In this document: one piece after another, positions 32,389 to 40,929 of the stretch | Position numbering within the stretch: position 1 is the stretch's first letter | Layout: every line of letters starts with the position of its first letter | Program-made: the position numbers and the translations under genes | Assembly: GCA_034530875.2 (NCBI GenBank) | Contig: JAVRCJ020000003.1 | Span: 1 to 64,000 of the forward strand | Direction: 5' to 3' | Length of the DNA: 64,000 nt | Source of the DNA: Nostoc sp. DedSLP01 | GTDB lineage: Bacteria > Cyanobacteriota > Cyanobacteriia > Cyanobacteriales > Nostocaceae | The notes under the pieces: generated by a model | The model's database searches: none | Seen by the model: only the letters and a program-made list of their open reading frames with translations | What the model was told of the DNA's origin: nothing

Positions 32389-32802
32389 CAAGTAACTACC
32401 TCCTGGTTAGGAGCATCAATTACGACAATATGTAAGAACTCATTGCCACGAGCAAAGCCTTCCGCCAATGTCGGGGTCATGTTTTCTATTCTAAAGTTAC
32501 CTGACAAATCCCTCTTTCTAACTACGAGATCGCTAACTTGGCGATCGTCTTTATAGGCTAATTCTTTAATTGCATCTAAAATGGGCTTCGGTATATTGTC
32601 CACATCTATAATTGTCAGAATCATAGAAATAGGTTATCTGGAGCATAACCCACCCAGTAGCTGTTTTTTGTTCCGAAGACCAGTATTTTTCAGCCTCTTG
32701 TCGCACTATCTTTTTCCAATCTTCAAGCCGATTGCCCTTACCACGCTTACGAGTTTGTTGTGATACTGGTGGTCCATCCACTATAAACTCAAATCTGGTC
32801 AA
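32388..32802 (-). pseudogene. RusA-family Holliday junction resolvase-like gene split by a frameshift near 32610
   Basis: Frame A FEFIVDGPPVSQQ...ITYFYDSD joins frame B IDVDNIPKPILDA..AYKDDRQV (RusA DxDN and DD..V motifs). Confidence 0.75.
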
Positions 32803-32881
32803 TGCACTTCTAAATAATAGACATAGGTTATTTTATGTTAATAACCTCGAACACAACCCAATAAATCACCATACGCCAATC

Positions 32882-32916
32882 AAAAAACGAGGCGGGTGCT
32901 TTTCACATTCCCGCCT
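32882..32916 (-). terminator. Rho-independent terminator downstream of the DUF2973-like gene
   Basis: Minus strand AGGCGGG...CCCGCCT stem followed by CG and a T run. Confidence 0.65.
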
Positions 32917-33059
32917 TAGCAAAGTTGATTTTAATCTTTAACTGCTAATTCTTAACTTGGCAATTTGAAATTTTCCTGACAATTCAAAATCAAAGTTGCT
33001 CTTTGGGCGAACCTTTGGTGCGCCCTGAAATCTAAAATTGAATGGCTCTTAAGTTTCTT

Positions 33060-33383
33060 TTACGCTTCTTCAGAATTATCTCTTTTCTGCCCTGGAGATG
33101 CTTCGTAAAGCGCATCAAGATGTTGGCGAGCATCTTCAACATTAATCGAACGCATTACCAATAATGGTTCTTTAATTAAATTGCCGGCGCTATCTAATAA
33201 CTCTGGATGGGGTACAAACTGTTTTCTCGCTGCGTAATAACCAAAACTACCTCGATCGCCTGAAGAATTGGTTGGATAAGTTCGCTCCCTATCGAAACTG
33301 AACATAATCAGGTTACGAATTAAGTTACCAACAGCTATAAATGCAAGGATTGTAAAAGCAAAGATGTAAAGCAGGTGTAACAT
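33060..33383 (-). CDS. Conserved cyanobacterial protein (DUF2973-like)
   Basis: N-terminal TM helix; HPELLD..G..EPLLVMR motif. Confidence 0.8.
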   Translation of the reverse strand: MLHLLYIFAFTILAFIAVGNLIRNLIMFSFDRERTYPTNSSGDRGSFGYYAARKQFVPHPELLDSAGNLIKEPLLVMRSINVEDARQHLDALYEASPGQKRDNSEEA

Positions 33384-33672
33384 CGGATTTTCCTCCAGGG
33401 CAGCAATTTTTTAAAAGTTTATTTTGTAACGTTTTGGTTCGCCGACACGTGACTCACAGTTAAAGCTAAAGATTTAACGCTCTTTTTGTGCGCTTGTATT
33501 GATATGGAGCTATCTGTCAACCGTTATTCCACTTACGGTAACATAGGATACATTATTTTGTTAATCTCAACAGCCTTAAGAAAAAGTTAAGTTTTGTGTA
33601 CTATTTATTTAACGACTGAATATGTTGTTTTGTAGTTGTTAAGCACTTTATTCAGAATTTAACTGATACTGT

Positions 33673-33990
33673 TTAGGCTCCTGGGGCTTGACGAAAGCGC
33701 ATTGCCACATTCCAGCATTCTGTAACTAATTGATGCCAAGGCATTAAAGTTGCCATATCAATTCCGACTTGCCCCTCAGTAGCACTAAAAAGCATTTTGG
33801 CGGTGTTTAGTTCTTCTTGGGCTTGCTTAACCCGCAAGAGTAAGTCGGATTGCTCTTGATTGCTCATAAATGAGAGCTTCTCTGTTTCTAGTAAGTCACG
33901 CGATCGCTTAAACCAATACTGAAAATCATCCAACAACGGTTCTAAAACCGTTTTCAGCAAATCAGTCCCCGGTAAATTTGAGTCTCGCAT
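33673..33990 (-). CDS. Conserved cyanobacterial protein (DUF2605-like)
   Basis: LLKTVLEPLLDDFQYWF..PWHQLVTECW. Confidence 0.8.
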   Translation of the reverse strand: MRDSNLPGTDLLKTVLEPLLDDFQYWFKRSRDLLETEKLSFMSNQEQSDLLLRVKQAQEELNTAKMLFSATEGQVGIDMATLMPWHQLVTECWNVAMRFRQAPGA

Positions 33991-34098
33991 AAATGAGAGG
34001 AATATTTCAAACTTTCTTACTAATATTAACGTTATTTACGATTCTTAACAATTATCTTATTTCTATCGCTCGGAAGAAATTTCAAAAAATTAGTATTT

Positions 34099-34114
34099 TG
34101 TAACAAAAGCTACA
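34099..34114. promoter_or_regulatory. Consensus NtcA site between divergent DUF2605-like gene and thrS
   Basis: TGTA-ACAAAAGC-TACA. Confidence 0.6.
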
Positions 34115-34182
34115 GATTTAATTATATAGCTTTGTTAAGAGGTTTGTACAGTTCCCTGAGGAAGGTGTCTATAGATATAGAT

Positions 34183-34340
34183 GGGGCATGGGGAATAAGG
34201 CATGGGGCATAGGGTATGGGTAGATGGCAAGCAGGGGAAGCAGGGGAAAAGGAAAAAGGAATAAATTTAATCTTTCTCCTTCCCCCTTACCCCTTTCCCT
34301 TTCCCCATGACCAATGCCCAATGCCCAATTCCCCATACCC
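34183..34340. repeat. STRR tracts (GGGCAT../..ATGCCC) in inverted arrangement upstream of thrS
   Basis: Visible heptamer units and their complements. Confidence 0.85.
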
Positions 34341-34428
34341 TGTTTGGCCAATGCCGCTATAGTTGAATAAGCTTACAAATTCAGCTCGATTCCTTTTTGT
34401 AATTACTTCGCCAACGGTTCAGCAACCA

Positions 34429-36267
34429 ATGTCGCTAAAACTATCATCAAATCCTTCAGAAGAGTTGGACAAACCTGAAAAAATTTATTTACCGCGTACC
34501 AGCGAATCGGAGAAGTTAAAAAAGATTCGCCATACTGCTTCCCATGTCATGGCGATGGCGGTACAAAAGCTGTTTCCCAAGGCGCAAGTTACAATTGGCC
34601 CTTGGATTGAAAACGGATTTTATTATGACTTCGACAATCCAGAACCATTTAGCGAAAACGATCTCAAAGCCATCAAAAAAGAGATGGTCAAGATTATCAA
34701 TCGCAAATTGCCAGTTATTCAAGAAGAAGTCAGCCGCGAAGAAGCCGAACGCCGCATTCAGGAAATTAACGAACCTTACAAGCTAGAAATCCTAGCGGAT
34801 ATTAAACAGGAACCAATTACGATTTACCACTTGGGGAATGAATGGTGGGATCTGTGTGCGGGGCCTCATGTGGAAAATACCAGTGAGTTAAATCCTAAAG
34901 CCATTGAATTAGAAAGTGTTGCCGGTGCTTATTGGCGTGGGGATGAAACCAAAGCCCAACTACAACGCATCTATGCTACTGCTTGGGAAAGTCCAGAACA
35001 ACTTGCTGAGTACAAGCGACGCAAAGAAGAAGCGTTGCGGCGAGATCATAAAAAACTTGGTAAAGAACTGGGATTATTTATATTTTCTGATTTAGTGGGG
35101 CCGGGTTTACCGTTGTGGACGCCCAAAGGTACTCTGTTACGGAATATTTTAGAAGATTTTCTGAAACAAGAACAATTAAAACGCGGTTATTTGCCTGTCG
35201 TAACGCCCCACATTGCTAAGGTCGATTTATTTAAAACCTCGGGACACTGGCAAAAATATAAAGAAGATATGTTCCCTTTGATGGCGGACGATGAAAAAGC
35301 AGCCGCACAGGAACAAGGCTTCGTGATGAAGCCGATGAATTGTCCTTTCCACATCCAAATATATAAGAGTGAATTACGTTCCTATCGGGATCTACCGATG
35401 CGCTTGGCTGAATTCGGTACTGTGTATCGCTACGAACAATCAGGGGAATTAGGCGGTTTAACGCGGGTACGGGGTTTTACCGTGGATGATTCTCACCTGT
35501 TCGTTACGCCAGAACAACTCGATAGCGAATTCCTCAACGTGGTGGATTTGATTTTATCGGTGTTTAATAAACTGCAACTGAAGAACTTTAAAGCCAGACT
35601 GAGTTTTCGCGATCCAGCTAGTGATAAGTATATTGGTAGCGATGAAGTTTGGGATAAAGCCGAAGGTGCGATTCGCCGTGCAGTTGAAACCTTAGGGATG
35701 GAACACTTTGAAGGAATCGGAGAAGCGGCGTTTTACGGGCCGAAACTCGATTTTATCTTCAGTGATGCCCTAGAACGGGAGTGGCAATTAGGAACTGTAC
35801 AAGTAGATTACAACTTGCCAGAACGTTTTGAGTTAGAGTACGTTGCTGAAGATGGTTCTCGCAAACGTCCGGTGATGATTCACCGTGCGCCTTTTGGTTC
35901 GCTAGAAAGGTTGATTGGTATTTTGATTGAAGAGTATGCAGGCGATTTTCCCTTGTGGTTGGCGCCAGTGCAAGCAAGATTGCTGCCAGTGGGTGAAGCA
36001 CAATTAGATTTTACTCAAGATGTGGCAGCAAAGATGCGGGCATTGGGTATCCGTGCAGAGGTGGATACTAGCGGGGATCGCTTGGGTAAACTCATTCGCA
36101 ACGCAGAGAAAGATAAAATACCTGTGATGGCAGTTGTGGGAGCCAAGGAAGTGGAAACCAATACCTTGAGCATCCGTACCCGCGCCTCTGGGGAATTAGG
36201 AGTTATATCTGTAGATGAGGTGTTGGATAAGATGAAGAATGCGATCGCTAACTTCGATAACTTCTAG
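34429..36267 (+). CDS. thrS: Threonine--tRNA ligase (start codon uncertain)
   Basis: RHTASH, DLCAGPH, KPMNCP, YRYEQSG, FYGPKLD, MIHRAPFGSLER. Confidence 0.96.
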   Translation: MSLKLSSNPSEELDKPEKIYLPRTSESEKLKKIRHTASHVMAMAVQKLFPKAQVTIGPWIENGFYYDFDNPEPFSENDLKAIKKEMVKIINRKLPVIQEEVSREEAERRIQEINEPYKLEILADIKQEPITIYHLGNEWWDLCAGPHVENTSELNPKAIELESVAGAYWRGDETKAQLQRIYATAWESPEQLAEYKRRKEEALRRDHKKLGKELGLFIFSDLVGPGLPLWTPKGTLLRNILEDFLKQEQLKRGYLPVVTPHIAKVDLFKTSGHWQKYKEDMFPLMADDEKAAAQEQGFVMKPMNCPFHIQIYKSELRSYRDLPMRLAEFGTVYRYEQSGELGGLTRVRGFTVDDSHLFVTPEQLDSEFLNVVDLILSVFNKLQLKNFKARLSFRDPASDKYIGSDEVWDKAEGAIRRAVETLGMEHFEGIGEAAFYGPKLDFIFSDALEREWQLGTVQVDYNLPERFELEYVAEDGSRKRPVMIHRAPFGSLERLIGILIEEYAGDFPLWLAPVQARLLPVGEAQLDFTQDVAAKMRALGIRAEVDTSGDRLGKLIRNAEKDKIPVMAVVGAKEVETNTLSIRTRASGELGVISVDEVLDKMKNAIANFDNF

Positions 36268-36273
36268 TAAAAA

Positions 36274-36298
36274 GTAGGGTGAGCAATGCTCATCCTAC
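36274..36298. repeat. REP-like hairpin right after the thrS stop
   Basis: GTAGGGTGAGCA-A-TGCTCATCCTAC. Confidence 0.7.
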
Positions 36299-37221
36299 AA
36301 AATTAAATCTTTTGTTGATGCTTGCAGAAGTTTTCAGCCTACTGAACTTGAATAACCAGTGGTGTTGCTAAGGTAATCTGATAATTTGATCGCTTCGGTA
36401 CTTAAACGATCCCACCGTGAATTCCAATTAACAATTGCAACTATCGACGGCAAACTCCTTTGTGCAGACATCTGCGCGTAACTTTTTGCAAGGCGTTGCA
36501 TAATTGGGCGTTACTGATTTCATGTATGAAAAAGATTGTGCATGATAGCAAAATCTTTGTAAGCACGTTGTAATCGCTAATCTCTACATCTAGATTCAGG
36601 CTGTAGTCTTTAAAGGTCTAATTTTCTATTTTTTGAATGAATTTATGCAAAAATACTTAATTTTCTTAGTTATCAAGCGTTATCAAATGTATGGTAAGTG
36701 ATGAGTGCGCAAAGACATCAGAGGCAGTTTCGATCTGAGATGTTTTGCGAGAAAATAGGGGCTTGAATTTTCTTTTAACAAAAAATAAGATGAGCGTATT
36801 AAATATTTCTTAAGTAAGATTGACAGGAAAAAAAATAATTTTATTCTATATCGTGGGATGGATAACTGACAGGACAAATACATCTAAGGTATTAGAATCC
36901 TTTAATAAAAACGGTTTTGGCGCTTTATAATTTTTCCTATTTTTTCGTCAAAATCCTTATCCAGTAGGGGTTTTGTAAATACCCTGCCTTCGCCCTGAGA
37001 TTACTAGTTATCATTGCAATAATCACAGTCATAAGTACTGCCGAATTTTATTTCTAAAAATAAAATCCAAAGCCAAATAAGTATTTGTAATACAACAAAG
37101 GCGTTTATTAGTGATGATTTCAAGACAAGGGTATTGCATTATTAATCAACTAAATGTAATGTATTAAATTAAAGAGATTTTTGATAAAAAGTAATAAAAC
37201 TTAGTAAAGTCAACAAAAATA

Positions 37222-37263
37222 TTTAATTTAGATGAGAATAAATATATTTTCATCTAAATTAAA
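37222..37263. promoter_or_regulatory. 14-bp perfect inverted repeat upstream of the cluster regulator
   Basis: TTTAATTTAGATGA-N14-TCATCTAAATTAAA. Confidence 0.55.
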
Positions 37264-37422
37264 GCTGACACAAATAAATAGGATGCTTATGTAAAATTTG
37301 ATATTGAATAAATTAAATTAAATCGATCTCATCTAAAAAGTCTTAAAAAATGCTTAGTTAAGTAACATACTTAATTTAAGAATAATTCTTCCTTGCTTAT
37401 GATGAATAAACAAGTTTGTAAT

Positions 37423-38262
37423 ATGAGAAAAATTTTGCTTATTGAATCAGAAGTAAAAGCCAAAAACTTTTTTTTAGATTGTCTTGAAGTCGGGGATTTT
37501 TATCCTATATATGCTGAAAATGGCCTAATTGGTATTCAACAAGCAAAAGAAGAATTACCCGATCTGATAATAAGTGAAATTTCGCTTCCTCAGCTTGATG
37601 GCTACAGAGTCTTAAGTATATTGCGCCAAGACCTTTCTACAGCTAGGATACCTATAATTTTTGTGACTACAAAAGCAAATCGCGCTGACATTCGTAAAGC
37701 TATGGAACTAGGAGCAGATGATTATCTGACTAAGCCTTGTACAGCAAACGAATTACTAGGGGCGATCGCAGCTTGTTTGGCAAAACGGAACCTTCTGCAA
37801 CAATGTTACAGTAATTGGCCTATTTTACCGTTACAACCATTGCCAGAATCATCATTACTTGCAGATAGTATCAAGCAAGTAAACGTTAAATTGGCATTTC
37901 CATCTAATTCTTTGTTGAGTAAAGTCTTTAATTTTATTGAGGCTAATTATTACCAACAAATTGCCCTCAGTGATGTGGCGATCGCAGTTGGCTACTCGTC
38001 AACTTATCTGACAGATTTAGTGCGTCGTCAAACAGGACAAACCGTCCAAAACTGGATTATTGAGTATCGAATGACAGCAGCTCGTGGTTTGTTATTAAAT
38101 ACTGACGAAACAATCGAGACAATTGCTGCAAAAATAGGCTATCAAAATGTGACTCATTTCTTCCGCCAGTTTCGTCAGCATCACGGAACAACGCCCCAAA
38201 GCTGGAGAACAGAGCATCGCCAGCAAGAAAATAAAGCAACAACAAAAGAATTGCTAGTTTAA
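37423..38262 (+). CDS. REC-AraC family transcriptional regulator (atypical receiver)
   Basis: KILLIE..PDLIISEI..GADDYLTKP; AraC double HTH LSDVAIAVGYS..IAAKIGYQNVTHFFRQF..TPQSWR; alternative ATGs 37399/37402. Confidence 0.9.
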   Translation: MRKILLIESEVKAKNFFLDCLEVGDFYPIYAENGLIGIQQAKEELPDLIISEISLPQLDGYRVLSILRQDLSTARIPIIFVTTKANRADIRKAMELGADDYLTKPCTANELLGAIAACLAKRNLLQQCYSNWPILPLQPLPESSLLADSIKQVNVKLAFPSNSLLSKVFNFIEANYYQQIALSDVAIAVGYSSTYLTDLVRRQTGQTVQNWIIEYRMTAARGLLLNTDETIETIAAKIGYQNVTHFFRQFRQHHGTTPQSWRTEHRQQENKATTKELLV

Positions 38263-38446
38263 TCGAAGGATAAGTAATAGTTAAATACTTAGATTAATGC
38301 AAAAATTAGCCCTATAGACAATTACATAAATTTTGTTTCTCACAATACACAACAATGCTCCAAAGTTGGGGAATGGGGTATATTAACTAACTAAAGTAGA
38401 AACAAAAACAAAAGAATTGTTACCTTTTCCGAAGGATAAGTGATAG
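38241..38446 (+). promoter_or_regulatory. Imperfect 40-bp direct repeat pair ahead of the FAAL gene (candidate AraC operators)
   Basis: 38241-38280 vs 38407-38446, 33/40 identical, core CGAAGGATAAGT. Confidence 0.65.
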
Positions 38447-38630
38447 AAAACTATTCTCAAATACTGTAAATATTACCTCTGTAAGCAGTATACAGGATAT
38501 TAACTCAACTGCTGATAGTGAAAAATAGCGTGCAATCTAACTGGGTGTAACTACGAGAATTTTTGAAATCCCGATAAATCCTTCTATTGTACAGGAATAA
38601 CTGTACTGTAATGTCATAGAGGTAAATATT

Positions 38631-40469
38631 ATGAGTACTAATTCTCAGCCTTTGCTAACTCAAAACCATTTTGCAACATTGGTTGAATTGTTGAGTTATA
38701 GGGCAAGCACTCAGTCTAAACAGCAAGCTTATACTTTTTTACAAAGTAGTGAAGCAGAAGCAGAATCTCTGACTTATGAAGCTTTACATTTGCAAGCACA
38801 GGCGATCGCAGCTAACTTACAATCTCTAAATGCTTGCGGACAAAGAGCTTTATTACTCTATCAACCAGGTCTAGATTTTATTGCTGCCTTCTTTGGATGT
38901 CTGTATGCTGGTGTTGTTGCTGTTCCCGCCTATCCACCAAGGCGAAATCAGAGTCTTTCCAGATTGCAAGCGATCGCCCAAGATGCCGAAGCAAAAGTAG
39001 TATTAACCTCTACAAAATTGCTTTCCAGCCTCCAATCTAGTTCTATTCAAGAGGGTCTAGAACTCGCTGGATTGCATTGGCTTGCTACCGATGGATTGAG
39101 TACCGACATAGCATCAACCTGGCAACCTCAGGAACTAGATAGCGATACGTTGGCTTTCATCCAATACACATCTGGTTCCACAGGCACGCCAAAAGGAGTA
39201 ATGATTAGTCATGGGAATCTGCTGCATAACGAGTACGCCATCGAGAGAGCCTTCGGACATACAGACAAAACTGTTGTTGTTGGTTGGTTGCCTGTTTTCC
39301 ATGACATGGGACTGATTGGAAATGTCTTGCAACCCTTATATTTAGGCGTTCCTTGCATTCTGATGTCCCCAGTAGATTTTCTACAAAAGCCAATCCGTTG
39401 GTTACAAGCCATATCAGACTATAAAGCAACAACTAGTGGCGGCCCGAATTTTGCTTACGATCTTTGCATTCGTAAGGTAACACCCGAACAGCTGAACAAT
39501 CTCGATCTCAGCAGTTGGGAGGTTGCTTTCACCGGTGCTGAACCTGTCCGTGCAGAGACTTTAGAGCAGTTTGCTTCTACTTTTGCACCTTGTGGCTTCC
39601 GCAAAGAAGCATTTTACCCCTGTTACGGTATGGCAGAAACCACCCTGATAGTAACCGGAGGTGAGAAAACAGCTTTACCAATTGTTTGGAATCTAGAAAA
39701 AACAGCATTAGAGCAAAACCGGATTGTTAAAGCCCACAAGGTCAAGGAAGATATACAGACGATAGTAGGTTGCGGACAAAACGTTCCAGATCTGAAAGTT
39801 GTGATTGTTGACCCACAAACATTAACCGTTTGTGCTTCCGACCAAGTTGGCGAAGTTTGGGTATCCGGGCCGAGTGTTGCTCAAGGTTATTGGAATCAAC
39901 CAGAAAAGACAGAAGAAACTTTCCATGCCTATTTAGCAGATACAGGTGCAGGCCCGTTTCTTCGCACTGGAGACTTAGGATTTTTGCAAGATGGAGAGTT
40001 ATTTATCACAGGACGAATCAAAGATGTAATTATCATCAGAGGGCAAAATCATTATCCCCAAGATATCGAACTAACTGTAGAAAAAAGCCATCCATCTCTG
40101 CGGCCTAGTAGTGGAGCAGCATTTGCCATTGATGCCAAGGGTTCTGAACGATTAGTTATTGTTCAGGAAGTAGAACGGAGTTATCTGCGCAAGTTAAACG
40201 TTCAAGAAGTCGTCGGGCAAATTAGACAAAAAGTAGCTGCACAACATGGATTGGAAGTTTATGCTACCGTACTTGTCAAAACAGGTAGTATTCTCAAAAC
40301 TTCTAGCGGTAAAATTCGGCGTCAAGCTTGTCGAGATGCGTTCCTTACTGGAAGTTTAGATGTGGTAGACGATTGGAGCGAAAATCCTCAAAACAAAGCA
40401 AAGTTTATCCATTTACAAGCCGAACTTGATTCGATGCTAGGACAACTAACATCTGGAAAACAGTCATAA
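38631..40469 (+). CDS. Fatty acyl-AMP ligase (FAAL)
   Basis: AFIQYTSGSTGTPKG, WLPVFHDMGLIG, PCYGMAETTL with FAAL insertion, LRTGDLG, KTSSGKIRR. Confidence 0.93.
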   Translation: MSTNSQPLLTQNHFATLVELLSYRASTQSKQQAYTFLQSSEAEAESLTYEALHLQAQAIAANLQSLNACGQRALLLYQPGLDFIAAFFGCLYAGVVAVPAYPPRRNQSLSRLQAIAQDAEAKVVLTSTKLLSSLQSSSIQEGLELAGLHWLATDGLSTDIASTWQPQELDSDTLAFIQYTSGSTGTPKGVMISHGNLLHNEYAIERAFGHTDKTVVVGWLPVFHDMGLIGNVLQPLYLGVPCILMSPVDFLQKPIRWLQAISDYKATTSGGPNFAYDLCIRKVTPEQLNNLDLSSWEVAFTGAEPVRAETLEQFASTFAPCGFRKEAFYPCYGMAETTLIVTGGEKTALPIVWNLEKTALEQNRIVKAHKVKEDIQTIVGCGQNVPDLKVVIVDPQTLTVCASDQVGEVWVSGPSVAQGYWNQPEKTEETFHAYLADTGAGPFLRTGDLGFLQDGELFITGRIKDVIIIRGQNHYPQDIELTVEKSHPSLRPSSGAAFAIDAKGSERLVIVQEVERSYLRKLNVQEVVGQIRQKVAAQHGLEVYATVLVKTGSILKTSSGKIRRQACRDAFLTGSLDVVDDWSENPQNKAKFIHLQAELDSMLGQLTSGKQS

Positions 40470-40601
40470 ACCCGAATCAGCTCGTAGCCGAAATACCAAC
40501 AAAAACACCGTGTAATTTAGCGTTTGCCTTAGCAAAATAATTACACACACTATTCTTTTATTGCCCATTCCTGTTTCTACCTACATTAAGGACGAAATCA
40601 A

Positions 40602-40883
40602 ATGACCCCAATTTCTACAATTTCACAAAAATCTACTCGGACACGCACAGCAGCCGAAATTCAGGAGTGGACAGTTTCTTATTTAGCGAACTTGCTAGAA
40701 GTTACTCCTGAAGAAGTTGATGTGACGATTCCTTTTGACCGTTATGGTTTAGATTCTTTAGCGGCAGTTAGTTTAACTGGCGACTTGCAAGATTGGCTAG
40801 GAATTGATGTCGATCCGACTCTAATTTACGATTACCCAACTATTGAAGGACTCGTTAAGTATTTAAGTACTAATTTAAATTAA
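40602..40883 (+). CDS. Stand-alone acyl carrier protein
   Basis: FDRYGLDSL..YDYPTI. Confidence 0.93.
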   Translation: MTPISTISQKSTRTRTAAEIQEWTVSYLANLLEVTPEEVDVTIPFDRYGLDSLAAVSLTGDLQDWLGIDVDPTLIYDYPTIEGLVKYLSTNLN

Positions 40884-40929
40884 GAATGAGAAATTCTGTT
40901 TTTCAAACTCAGGTTTTGAGGCACAAATA

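Noticed and set aside
16409..34340. Short tandem repeats as possible CRISPR arrays
   Set aside because: 7-8 nt units without unique spacers; no cas genes in the window
34363..34428. TTG 34363 or in-frame ACG 34414 as the thrS start
   Set aside because: Cannot be decided from sequence alone; the first ATG (34429) was used
36334..36501. 55-codon minus-strand ORF MQRLAKSYAQ... after thrS
   Set aside because: No RBS, motif or recognisable similarity
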